Below are positions 44,282-56,413 of a stretch of 56,413 bases of DNA, in pieces. Location of the stretch: contig JALAGF010005432.1 of assembly GCA_030167865.1 (NCBI GenBank), forward strand, positions 1-56,413, written 5' to 3'. Position 1 is the first letter of the stretch, and each line of letters begins with the position of its first letter. The notes below the pieces were generated by a model. The model worked only from the letters and a program-made list of their open reading frames with translations, had not been told where the DNA came from and did not search any database. The position numbers and the translations under genes were made by a program. The stretch is from Craspedostauros australis. Lineage: Eukaryota.

Positions 44282-47200
44282 CGTCCTTACTTCTCTTGTT
44301 GATCCTCCTTCCAGGACCTTGCACATTTCAGCGCCTGCAGCCTTTTCAGCTAGAGTGCTGCTAGGTATTGCCAGAGTGACCTTGGATTTGTTGTCTGTTG
44401 TTTGTTGTGTTGTGTTGTGGGTTGTCGGTTGTCGGTTGTCTGCACTGTGATGTGCTGTATGGTCCAATTGGAGTGAAGTGCGATGTGGCGCTTGCGTGGA
44501 TGCGATTTCAAGGTAGATGATCTGTGTCTGTCTCGGTCTCCGCGTCTCTGGTTGTGTTGGTCGTTGTCGATTGTGTGGGAAGCTTGATGTTGTGTCTTTG
44601 GCTTTGTTTGTGGAAGAGGTGGTTGTCTTGTGTTGCGTTACTTTGCGTTACTTTGCGTTGGAGTGGAGGAATTTCACTTGTCATTTCGGTTTTATGGTGA
44701 TTGGTGGAACGCACACAGCGCAACAGTCCCAACAACCACGATGCGGCAAGCCCATTCCACGCACTCTGCCGCTCTGCCGCTCTGCCACACCATGGTACTA
44801 CACATACTTACATACACTTACAACAGTACTTGCACCGCCGTCACACACCTCCGCGACAACACACAGACACAGAGACAGAAGCCGAGAAGTCTCACAATGC
44901 GACTGCAGAACCGCAGAACAACTCAATCAGACAGACAGCCCAACAGAACGAATCTTGGGTGATCTCTCTTCGCAGAAAAGCGTGCACCACTCTTTCGTCC
45001 ATGGCCTTGAACCAGCCTTCGCGCCTCGTCGTACCCACATCGCACAATTCTGATCTTGGGAACAAGAAATCGAACGGACAAAGAATCCCGTGCTGATACA
45101 ATGATCGCTCTATTCGTCGTTAAGTATGACGAGAAAATAAACCGGAGACGAAGAAGCCGCACGGATACTTAACCCGCAATGCATCACGACATAACCGAAC
45201 CCGAATACCAATAACGTCCCCAGAGTTAAATCATCTGCTTGAAGCACCACAATCCAGATTAAAAAACACGTCCAGCTCTTCGGGGCACAGAACCGAATAG
45301 TGTTAAATGGATGCAATCCATAAGCCCGCCATTTGCCACCAAACGTGTGCGAACGCGGAATGCGAACATCGGGCGTGCTCTCGTCGTTCTGGAGTCCAAG
45401 GAGTCGAGGAGCTGTCTATCGGAGAAATCGAAGCCAGACGTGAAGGGATTAACAAGCCGGACGTGATAATGAGCAGGTCACATTTCTTCGGCCATGGGCT
45501 TTGCGCAACCTTGAACGACATCACCTCACGTCAAGTAGGATGTGCAACATCACAGGAAGTCGATCCCGCCGGTTTGGCAGGACGTTTCGGCTGTAGATCG
45601 ACAGGCAAGCCGACATGTGTGTATGAATGGTAATAGGTTGCCATGGGTCGACATGGTCGCTGCTCCTGGCTGCTGCTGTCGTTCTTATTGTTGTCGTTCT
45701 TATTGGCGCCGCTGAGCTTCTTGCGATCCTGCTTCGAGCTGTCCATCATCATGGACGCGTGGCTGCTCTCTTGCCTGACTGCACGCACGGCAGAGCGAAT
45801 GAACGGAGGCCTCATGATCGGAAGTGTCCGGCTGTATCTTCGCGCAGGTCTTCGTGTTGCGGGGACTGCGCCGACGGAGGCAATGCTCGAAGCTGAGGCA
45901 TTGGAGTGAGAGTGAAGGATCAAAGCCATCATGGACGCACAGCAACTTGCCCCCAAGCAACGGAAGGCCCCCATCGAGACACGCACCCGAGGATTTATCA
46001 AGTAGTGAGCAACAATGGAACTGTGGATAGCATTTTCGGACTTGAGTTGCGTGATGTCACGGCCACAGGCATCAAATTGCATTTCGATTTCATTGCATTG
46101 AACTGTGATGCAACGCGATGCGATGGGATGGACTTGGTCGTGGTGGAATGCATCGGATCTTGGATCGACTTCCGCGCACCTCGATAGTTTGCGAATTGGG
46201 CCTTTGCGTTGGACCCAACTCTCGGACATCACGGATGCGAGAATGGAGAAGAGCGTCTCCATCATCCTGGCAGCCAGAAGCGAAAAGGAAATCGAAGCGT
46301 GTGTTGGTGGATTCGTGTTTTCTTGTACCCCGGATCTCACCGAGTACTACCATACATACCCACATGGGCATGAAGTTCTCTGCCACACACGTCTGCAGTG
46401 TGCGAACAACACAGCTGTGCACGCCAATGCTGAGCACAATCAAGGATCACGGATGCGGAAAACAAAAAGTGACGACCGCGATCGATCACATCCATACGTG
46501 TCGATTCATGAACATGCGCCACACGTGGGCGTGGATGTTCAGACGCGGCAACTTTCACGGATTAACCATCTTGGTTTCCTTTTGTGTTGGCGGAATTCTC
46601 CGATGGGCGAAACCACACTGGTACCACAACGTGGTCTTGCCGATACTCGAACATCCCTGAAAACCAAACGACGAGGACGGCGCCTCACTCTGTGGAGATG
46701 GCACGGTGTCGCTTTCGCGCTTCCTGCCGTCCGCCACCCAGACTTTGACGATGTTGTTTTTTGGCGAACTCGACATCAAACGCACACGATACGAGCACCC
46801 GACACCGAGAAAGAGAGAGCGGGCGAGATTGCGGCGATCACCTCTGGGAGGACACACGAGTATTCGTGAAGTATCGGCACGAGTAAAGATCCTTTCTTGC
46901 CTCTTTCTCCTTGTCTTTGCCACTCTATTCGTGGTTTCGCTCTCGGTCTTTCGGATGCTCGAACTCATACATGTCTTGTACGGAGCGTATAGGAACGAGA
47001 GTTGAATGTAATTTGACGGGTGCGCTCTACTCTTCATACTCTCTGGGTATTGCTAACTGCCGTTGTGCGACTATTGTGAACACCTCTTCTCGCAGAGAGA
47101 GAGAGAGAGAGAGAGTAAGAGAATCTCCGATGTGCAAGTTCCGTCGGATGCCACGTCAAATGGAGATTCAAAGCGATGTGACCAAGGCGTATACCACGGC

Positions 47201-47789
47201 TCGTAGAGTATGACTTCGTCCTTTTGCGGAATCAAGCACATCTTGCTCATCCAATCTAATCGTATGCACTTGTGCGTACTTGTACGAGCTGCTACGCATG
47301 CCAAATGCTGGAGCGCCGATGACTCGATGAATTGAATGAGTTTCGAAGTTCTTCACCGCGGCATCCTTTTCATGACAGCCGAGCCGCTGACGAAGATTGC
47401 TGGCGTAGGAGGGTAAGTGCGTTCCCAATGAGTACTATGCAACTTACTCTACTCATTGTTCGTTCGTCCGGTCCAGAGAGAGGTGTTCATAATCCAAGTT
47501 ATCGTATCCAAGAGACATGTGTCATGAACTGTCAAGCTGCCGTTTCTGTTCGATTGCGATGCGACCAGATTGCAAAAAAAAGTCCAACAATAACACTAGT
47601 TGTGGAGTCTTGTGGGTGATGGGTCGTGTTAAAATGGACCAATCCAGATCACAACCAAAACCATCCAAATAACTGCTTATCATGCAGTGTCTCAACAACA
47701 CAAAGTTTACCATTAAAAATAAATCGTGCATTCATGCCCATGACTATCAGTGATTCTGAATATCGAAGTCAATTTCTATGAACTTTATT

Positions 47790-48800
47790 TTTAACATCGT
47801 TTTGGCATGCTGTCCGTCATGTGGTGGATGCCAACACATTCTGGATTGCACCATGCTGCCCTGCCTTCACCACCCATGAACATCATCACCATCCTGACAT
47901 TAATGCAATCTGCACAACACATTGGCTCTGCATATCCCCCATGTATCCACTCCGTGAAGGACAGAACGTTATTTCTGCCCTTCATACCCCAAATCCTCCC
48001 AACAGTGAAACCCAGCAATTCTGAAAGACTGGTTTGGATCTGCATGCTGTTCATATTTGGATCCGTATCTCCTCCATATGGCCTTTGCATCCCCTCCACG
48101 TGCTCCTAGTGCGTTCTCATGCTCCCTGACGACACACTGATGCATTCAGAATGAGCTGAGCGTTCATGCCTCCAAAGGTATACCTCCGTATGATGATGCC
48201 ATCGTGCTGCTGTTGCGACCACCAAAACAACCCTTTGGTGTGCATTCCTGGATGCAGCCTCTTCCAGAAAATAAGACATTCTGCCGCTTCATCAACCAAC
48301 CCCTGAGTTAATGATGAACACACCTTGCATGGGTGGCTTGGCGATTTAGGTGACTTGTGCATGGTGCCCATCACTGCCAAAGCTGCATGATGTGTGCACT
48401 GACATCCCCCCAAAATTCTTGCCCTCCGCTTCTTTCTTCATGTTTCCACCTTCCGAGCCATCCCCGATCCTCAAACTTTGTGGGAACCTTTACCTTAGCC
48501 TCCTGGATGCGTCTTCCCCATCTATAGTTGTTGGCATGGTCTATGTATTCCATACATAGTCCATATCCAACAAGCAGATTTGCCTCCAAATCATGTCCTT
48601 CGCTGCTCGGCTGTCACGGCGTCCAAAAGGGACCAATACTCTACAACTGGTGTTATCCTGAGTGCATCGAATGCACTCTACAGGATCGTATGGAAACATG
48701 AATTGTGGGTGGGTATCAGCACAAAATTGAATAGTGCTAAGTACGTTACTCACGTAGCCCCCACTATCCATAAATTTCACTTGTGTTCGGTTCAGCAATC
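47790..48800. other. Decayed, CpG-poor tract (possible TE or gene relic)
   Basis: Lower GC with visible TG/CA excess and only short interrupted frames. No diagnostic TE motif recognised. Confidence 0.35.
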
Positions 48801-48804
48801 GCAT

Positions 48805-48874
48805 TGCCTGTAGCTCAACGGTAGAGCACCAGTAATTCTAACTGAGGTTCCGGGTTCAAATCCCGGCATGGTAC
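48805..48874 (+). tRNA. tRNA-like element / pseudo-tRNA (isotype undetermined)
   Basis: D arm GCTC-AACGGTA-GAGC, T arm CCGGG-TTCAAAT-CCCGG, A box TAGCTCAACGG, B box GGTTCAAATCC, T-run downstream. The acceptor stem needs a bulge and the anticodon loop AATTCTA is non-canonical. Confidence 0.7.
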
Positions 48875-50051
48875 TTTGCTTTTGCTCACCCCTTGTGATT
48901 TTACAATAGTGCTCTAATAGAGCACCTTGATAGTGGTGGTAGGTCATCATGTCATCTAATTCAGTATGGAATATAATGCTGTAATTGCAATCATGATGTG
49001 CAGCAGGTCACTCCCAAAATGATGACTTGTAGGCCGCGACGAGCTGCGCCGTTGTCTGTGCACGAAGCTCGCATCAACACACATGATCACCACGAACAGA
49101 AAGGAGACCAATCGAACGAAGTCATGATACCAAAGAGGAGGTACCTCAATATCCAATTCGAACACATGACGTCACAGGAAAACGTACCAATGCGACACCG
49201 CTAAGACAAGAATGAGGTTCTGGATGACGTGCTTGCGAGCCTGCAACACTCGGGAAGAAGGAATGAAAATTGCAAAACAATATTTACCGCAGATCCCAAT
49301 ATAACCCTTCTCCGTTAAATACGGTCCCAACCCATGTCGCACACAAATCTCAACCGATCGGAGTAGTACGGATTTGTTGTTCCGGTTTGAACGCTTCTGG
49401 GAGACCGGTCATAATTTCATAACGAGTTCTGTGCAACCTGCATTTAGTCAATAGTGTCACGGGACTCATTTCCGCTGAGTCCACAGGATTCGTAATCGCC
49501 ACTTGGGATCAGAACGAGTGAGGCTTGCCAGTTGTGAAATTATGTGCCTTGCGACTACCACCACTCACAAAGTGTGCGTCTTTGGAGGCACAAGGCAATC
49601 CGTAGCCGTACTTCTCTCAGATTCGGAGGTGCTCGATGCAAGCGTGAAATTACAGAAGAGGGAAGCAACATCATTTCCCTCCATCCGACCAAGAATGAAG
49701 AGAAAGCACCAACCGATGGCCAACGTATGTATGCCAACAATCCCAACAATCCCAACACCACGTCGCTACCAAAAATGAAGGGAAGAAGGCGACACAACAA
49801 GAGGAAGCACGTTGCGGCAATGAGTGTTTCGGACCGGCAAGAGGAGGGTTGGACGCAGCAAAGCAGAGCACAGAAGGAGCGTTGTGGTGGATGAGACTGA
49901 TTGCGACGAGCAGGCGCAAGTATCCTTGGAAGTGGAAGAGCAGATGGAAGTGCAGGTGTAAGCGCAGGTGGAAGCGTAAGGTGACACTCGACTCTAATCG
50001 TATCAAAAGCGATATCGACGCCACCAAGATCACGAGGCTCATCATCCCATC

Positions 50052-51511
50052 ATGGCCGACACCTCCCAAAACCAACACATTGTTCACCGCCTTGCTTCGA
50101 CTGCGCCTGATGTACTGTTGCTCTCGTCTGCGTACGGGCTGCCCGTGCCATCATGGGCAACGACAGCCATCGCGATGAGCAATGGAAACTCCAGCATCTT
50201 GCATCGCTCATCTTCCGTGCACAATGCAACAGACGGAGATGGCAACCACTGTGCAAACAACAATGACAGCGATAATGACAGCAGAACCAGCGCAGATGGA
50301 GCCATGGGCTTCATTCCCTTGTTGCAAAGCTCGTCATCTGCTGGAGCATAGTCGTGGTGATCCTCTTGACATCCGTGTCGTCCTACGGACTGTTCTATAT
50401 CGTTGTGATGCCATCCCACGACATCACTTTGCCACTCTACTTCGATTCCACTGAGATGTCCATCCCTCCAACTGAACATCATCTCGTACAACAACGGTGG
50501 CTGGAGCAGCAGCAGAAACAGATGCAGTTTCAGATACAGGAGGATGGGAAGCATCAAATGGAGAATGAGCTGTTACAAGAATGCAAACAAAATGAGACGG
50601 ATATAGCCATCAATCATGACAGCAGCAGCAGCAGCGAGAGCAGTCATGAAGCTGGCGCCGAGTCGCAACAGGAGACAGTCTCCCACTCATCATCGCCACC
50701 ATCGCATGGGCAAGCTCAAGCTCAAGCCCAAGCACAACCTCAGATGCCACCGCAGAACCAAATACCCAATCTTTCAGTTGATCAGCGGCGTGCCTTGCAA
50801 CGATCGCCTTGAGCAACTGCCGATCTTTTCACCAAACGCACGTAATGGGAACCATACCTTGACGGTCATCACCCCAAACCACGATCTCGCTCCGCGTTGA
50901 AGGCAAATCAACCGTACGCCATCGAAATCGCGCTGGAGCTTCCAGAATCGCTGACTAACCGAGAATTGGGCATCTTCGGCGTGCACGTGACATTGCAATC
51001 CGCAAATGGAACGGCCCTTGCAATATCTGTGCGATCCACGCAATGCCTGCACGAAAGTGACTGAATATCGCTGATTCGAAAATGGACGCTACTGGTGCCG
51101 TTTCTCGTCGGTGCCATCCCAGAAACTCGCACCATCGTGATCCCGTCGTATCATTACGTCATGGAACGAAATCAGCATCCGTTACGGTCCATCACTGTTC
51201 GGTTAGTGAGTGGAACCAACAGGCGGCGGCGAACACAGTGCACGAGCTCTCCAGAAGCGTCGACAGAATGGACACCGTCTCGTGATGACGATCTCTACAA
51301 TGACGATGTGCAAGTCAGCGCAGCGCACGTCTGTATTGGAAGAGAACTGAAGCCATACCAGTACGTTCTGAAGCACTGGTTCTTCACGTGTGCGATGATT
51401 GGCATCAGCGCCATCTTCGTATTCCAATCCACCTCTGTAATCCTGCTGATGTATCTGTGGGAACACCGACGGCAAGGTCTTGAAGAAAGAGCCAGCGATG
51501 CTTCGCTCTAG
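50052..51511 (+). pseudogene. Seipin (BSCL2-like) pseudogene
   Basis: TM1 VAKLVICWSIVVVILLTSVSSYGLFY..MP..LPLYFD, luminal QPYAIEIALELPESLTNRELGIFGV, TM2 KHWFFTCAMIGISAIFVFQ. Frameshift near 50320 and in-frame stops at 50810, 50843 and 51062. Confidence 0.8.
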
Positions 51512-52339
51512 CTGGAACAGGATGGAACGTTGGGAAGACTTCGCTGTGGGCAGCGACGGGAGATGCATGGTTCGAAATTCTCCATCGGAGAACATCAAGC
51601 TTTGTGCTCGCACCATGAGTCGCCCACCCGACCATGCTCCGCCGCGTGCAAACTCTACTCTGGTCCACTTGAGCGTGCACCATCCCATCCTCATGCTGAA
51701 TCAAGGTGAGAAAGCGCGTTTCATCGATGACTCACTTTTTGTCGGAATGCCAATAGATCTTTCGCAGTTTGGGCACGGTCAGAGACATGAGGAACATGGA
51801 AAGCGTTGCCTGTGGTGCATGAACGGCAGAACAACCTCCGCAACATGGGACAAGAACGGCAATTTCAGTGGCGATGGCTTGATCATCTCCACAACAAGCA
51901 AGATCGCCTCGCACTGGGGAAGTGTCACGTGTACATACCACATGGTACGATACCGTCGAGATATCGATATCTTTTAGCGCACGCCTCAAAGCAGTCGAAG
52001 ACGCGTGCGCATCTGACGACCCGCTTGTACTCCTGCTATTTCGGTACGTACGCACGTTCCGCTACAGATAGATATCGCGAAGTTGATGATGCGAGACCAT
52101 GAATCTGGCGTCCAACCATGCAAAAGCGCGAGCATCACCCAAAGATGAAAACCTGGGATCTGTTTTCCCGTCTATCTCTCTGCTGCTCATGCGTGCAGAC
52201 GATTGCAGGTGTGACTTCTCTATTGCGGTATGTGGATATGCAACAAGATGACTAACATTAGTGATTCCGTTTCCATCTGACCAACGGGCCAAGTCTCTGG
52301 TCCTCTATTCCACATGTAATAGATATTATACGTACTAAA

Positions 52340-54484
52340 TCATACACCTGCATCAAAATGCCTCTTTCGAGAGATGGGCTTGGTTGGTTTTCTTGATTTC
52401 GATGGTGCTCGCCTCCTCCGTTTCTTGGTTGTGGGTGGCAGTCTCTCATCTCTTCTTGCCCGGACGAGATCCATCTCGCGCTTCTTGCGGAAGCCATGCG
52501 CGGCCTTGTCCCGTGCTTCCGCGAAGGTGACCTCGATCCAACAGCCTGTCTCCTTGCNNNNNNNNNNNNNNNNNNNNNNNNNNNNNNNNNNNNNNNNNNN
52601 NNNCTTCTCAGCGACGTTCAGCTTGGCCCACCTTGGCGCTTTGTCGTACTCGTCGAACATATCAGCAATGACTGCCTTCATGTACTGATTGCCGGGGTGC
52701 TCTTGAAACGGCCTTCCACGTCCCATCAGAATGTCAACTTCAGTTGGACTGCAACTTGGACGAATGCTGTCGCTTTCAATTGGATCAACCGCCATGAGTG
52801 GCAGCGATGAAGAAAGCTGCTGTGATGATGGCGGCATTGACCTCTGTTTTGGTGGGAGTGGCAGAGTTGGCGACCTGCCATTACGCACGACTGCAGCTGC
52901 TGGGATGTCNNNNNNNNNNNNNNNNNNNNNNNNNNNNNNNNNNNNNNNNNNNNNNNNNNNNNNNNNNNNNNNNNNNNNNNNNNNNNNNNNNNNNNNNNNN
53001 NNNNNNNNNNNNNNNNNNNNNNNNNNNNNNNNNNNNNNNNNNNNNNNNGCGATGCATGATCCAAGCGCTGGCCCCCGCCATTTTGAGCATCCCCCTGTCA
53101 TCGAATGGCAGGACCTGAGGTGACACGCCGTGTGAAGAGAGGCTCTTGATGTTATCAGCCAGCGTACCGAAGAATGGCTTGAATCGGTGGCGAGTATGAT
53201 GGGTCAGCGAGAGCTGAAAAATGTCTACCATGGCCCTCATGTCCTTCGTATCGTCTGATAGGAAGTACATCCTCTTCACGTTCACCGGCGTGGTCGTGGT
53301 GGTCTGCGCGCAAATGCACATGTTCAGCCGTTGTTTTGATGTTACATTCGGCATCATCTTGTCCAGTGCATGCACCATCACTACTCCGTTCTTCTGTGCG
53401 TCGACGTCTTCTACAACCGTCATGGCTGCGTAAAACAGGGCCCGGGCATTTGCCAAGGTGTCGAACATGCTCGGGACGAACTCTGTCGCTACGATTACGC
53501 GACTTCCATGCGCATCCTTGCATGGAAGCGGTTGTACATTCCCAGCTTCCAGCAGAGCGACCGCTCCCGGACACAGATCGGACAGCAGCACGTCTCTGCC
53601 TAGCACATGCGGACCGAACAAGTGCAGCTTGGCATCGCACCAGACGATCAATCGCATCGCAGCTTTGTACGAGTCGAAGGAGGTGCAGCGCAGGAACTTG
53701 AGGCGCAGGTCCTTGTCTTCGATGTAGGCTTGATTCGTCTGCTTGGCGATGTCGTATGCAGTCCTGTTGCTGGTCGTCATGACCAGCTCCATCTCCATGT
53801 CGTCGAGCTTGGCGCTCAGGAACTCGGGGATCTCCTCGCAGGGAGCGGAGCTCCCGGTGATGTCCTCGTGTATGTGCTTGCGTTCTTCGGGTGACATCGC
53901 GTGCAGCTCTTGCGCGATGATATCGGGGGCCTTAAATGTGTTCAAGATGTCATCGTTGGTCAACCTTGTGGTTTGCTGCGCATCTGTTCCTATTACGGCG
54001 TTCGCAAATGTGGCCGCGCAAGCAGGATTGCTGTGATTAGTATCCTCGTTCGGTTTCCCGATCTGAGCATGACGAGTGAGACGACGATGGATTGTGAGCT
54101 ATATCAACATGCGGTTTGGTTCACTGTTGGCGTTCCGGTTGCAACTTCATTCGAACTATTATAGTAGGTATGGTATCTCCGCGGTCGTAGTCGGCATCAT
54201 GGGCTACGGAGAATCATCGCCATTGCGCAAGTACTCACCTTGCCATCATCGTCGCGGAGAGTGCTGCCGCTGAAGTCACAGTTGCAGCCGCTGCTGGTGT
54301 CTGAGCCGAGGTCTGATCTGGCTTCAACAATCTCATTGCCAAGCGTGCGAATATTATGTTCGCCATGACATGGAAAGCAGGATTCTAACAAAGAGCAGCT
54401 CGCCGCGAGGAACTCATCGTCATCCGTGCAAAGTGTTGAATACTCATCCAGTTGCTGCCACTCGTCAGCGGAGAAGGTACTCAT
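52340..54484 (-). CDS. Diatom-expanded CRAL-TRIO-like + DUF6824 protein; exon 54484-54239, then 54062-52340 (interrupted by two N gaps)
   Basis: Phase-0 intron at 54238-54063 (GTGAGT...CTCAG). DLRLKFLRC..FD..KAA.R...KLHLFG..LGRDV.LSDL. C-terminal DILMGRGRPFQEHPGN...WIEVT...ARDKAAHGFR. Confidence 0.8.
52558..52603. other. Assembly gap
   Basis: Run of N. Confidence 1.
52910..53048. other. Assembly gap
   Basis: Run of N. The reading frame differs on the two sides, so the gap length is an estimate. Confidence 1.
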
Positions 54485-56166
54485 GGTGGGAATGCCGGTC
54501 ACGGTATCTGCAGTAGTAATGGGTATTTCGCGCAAGATTGATGTCTGTGCTTGTGGCTTGAAGTGATTCTGTGAGCACGCTGCGCTGATCTGGGGTGGGC
54601 TGGAGGAAGAGGGGCGCAACGTCTCACGGCATCTTTGTTTGATGTCGAGTTTGCGGAAGAAACAGCACCTGCTGCTCCTGTTGGGAATTCGTTGTGTGGA
54701 TGCAGGTGGACACTGGAGTGGCCCATGTAGTGCCATAGCTCAGACTTCAAGCTTGTTCTGATCGAAATCACGGTCGACACAACACGCAACAGAGACAGCC
54801 GCGCTCCCCCTTGTTGTGCTTTGTCATGATGCTGAGAGCCGCTTGGCTTGCCTTTTGGCTTCAGGTAGTATGCTCACACAATGGCACGGTATCCCCTTGG
54901 GTACGCAAGCGAATTGGAGAGGCAGAGCAGACAGAGAGCAGCTGGTTGTTGACATGCTCTGCACGTGATAGGCACTGAGATTTTTCGCACCCTGCAACCC
55001 ATTGCCCAGGAGGATCGTGCCTCAACACACATGGCCCCGTCCCCCACGTATCGTGACGCATTTGTGTGGTCCAAACCACGGGAGCGGACGAGAACACTGC
55101 CGCAATTTGTGGGTTCCTTCTTCTCGTTTCTCGTCCCCCCCCTTTCTCCGCCCCCTGTTCATCTGCGAATGTTTGTTGTGCTTCTTTCATCGGATGTCAT
55201 CTTTCTCGGTCTCTTGATTTCGAGATGTAAGTTCAGGTATCATCCACTGACGATAACGTTGTAGAATACATACAATGATACACTATGATGCGGTGCAATT
55301 ACGTTGATGGAAATGTATGCTAGATCCGTGATGTATAGAAAGAAATAATGGTTGGATGCTGTGTGAAGGATCTATTTGATCCCAGCAGCAGAAAGCACAG
55401 GAAACAACCTCAGAAGAACACAGGCAGAGAAGGGATGGAGAAATGAGGAAGGAACCCAGATCCCGGTGGGGTCCATGCGTCTCGGGGCACGGTTCCTCGG
55501 CCATGCGTCCTGAGACGCGAAAATCTCACCAGGGATATCCTTCCCGTTCCTGTCCTGGAATGTGTGGTCACACAGCGAGCATGCGTGCGCTGAGGTGGTG
55601 CGTTTTACGATGTCTCTGTGTGTCGGTGTCGCTCTTGGGCGTTGCAGCCGAGGAAGAAGGCGCCCTCGATTTTGCGACACGGTCCTGCCGCGTGTTTTGG
55701 GGGCACCAAAACATGATCACTTGGGGTATGTTTGCGGGAATGGTCACCCAACGAACCGTGGTCCTCCTGCGTTGCCGCACACGCGCCCACACAATCCGAA
55801 CTTGTCAATGACCAAGGGCAGGAGAAACCGGAACATGGAGTTCCATGACACGTTACCATACCATGCATCACAAAGACAAACAGCTCCCGACACAGAAGTG
55901 CTCCTTCTCGTACCTGAAGATAGATGCGTCTGGTAGAGAGCTGCAGGTGTTGGCATCGTAGCGCAATCGATCATTGATTGTGTTCAGGAATACAGTTGGG
56001 TCCTCTCCAGAGAGAGTTGATCTTCCTGTGACATTAGGGGGATATCGCATTTCACATTGCGAGTCCCACGGTACAAAATAACCTGATAATGACATTTTTA
56101 GAGGGGCAACATGCGAACTTCCCCCTCGGAAAGTGAAACTCGATTGCGTTTTAGGAGCCAAAAACA

Positions 56167-56230
56167 NNNNNNNNNNNNNNNNNNNNNNNNNNNNNNNNNN
56201 NNNNNNNNNNNNNNNNNNNNNNNNNNNNNN
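56167..56230. other. Assembly gap
   Basis: Run of N. Confidence 1.
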
Positions 56231-56413
56231 CCAATCATTTCTCTTCATTTGCAGCAATGTTGAGTCGTCCTTGTCGTGCTGATGATAGTTTTTATGAGAT
56301 GCTAATGATGATGAAACTAGCATTCCGACTGAGGGGTGCATGGAGCGATAGAGAGTGATTGCGATGTCGAATATGCTTGTAAGCTTCACATATGATATCT
56401 GCGCGCAAGTATC

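Noticed and set aside
45100..47400. ORFs 45531-46340 (-) and 46105-46869 (+)
   Set aside because: Overlapping, no codon bias and no motifs.
48831..48845. Amber-suppressor (CTA) reading of the tRNA-like element rescuing the nearby seipin stops
   Set aside because: CTA is not centred in the loop. The internal seipin stops are TGA and TAA, and there is also a frameshift.
55372..56413. Minus-strand ORF fragments at the right edge
   Set aside because: Interrupted by stops and an N gap, and unidentifiable without flanking sequence.

Overview
Eukaryotic nuclear DNA, very likely a diatom. The evidence is GT-AG introns, bipartite plastid-targeting presequences (CDA|F, AAA|F) and diatom-expanded families (GDNP-motif protein, CRAL-TRIO-like/DUF6824 protein). 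About 18 protein genes are supported. Recognisable ones are a GT61 glycosyltransferase, a UCH-L3-like deubiquitinase, plastid ferrochelatase with a degenerate CAB tail, an S10 carboxypeptidase, a 2H-phosphoesterase-like protein, a membrane-anchored GH30 with a ricin-like insert, a plastid-targeted double-ApaG protein, DPH6 and a divergent GT10 fucosyltransferase. A tandem pair of unknown multipass membrane proteins and several hypotheticals are also present. Other elements are MITE-like terminal repeats at the left edge, a possible solo LTR, a tRNA-like Pol III element with a distorted anticodon arm beside a decayed tract, a seipin pseudogene, a 53-codon GC3-rich small ORF and three N gaps. 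I see no operon, CRISPR array or clear multi-gene novel system. The best leads are the double-ApaG protein, the tRNA-like element, the seipin pseudogene and the membrane-protein pair. All family calls come from motif recognition by eye; no database search was run.
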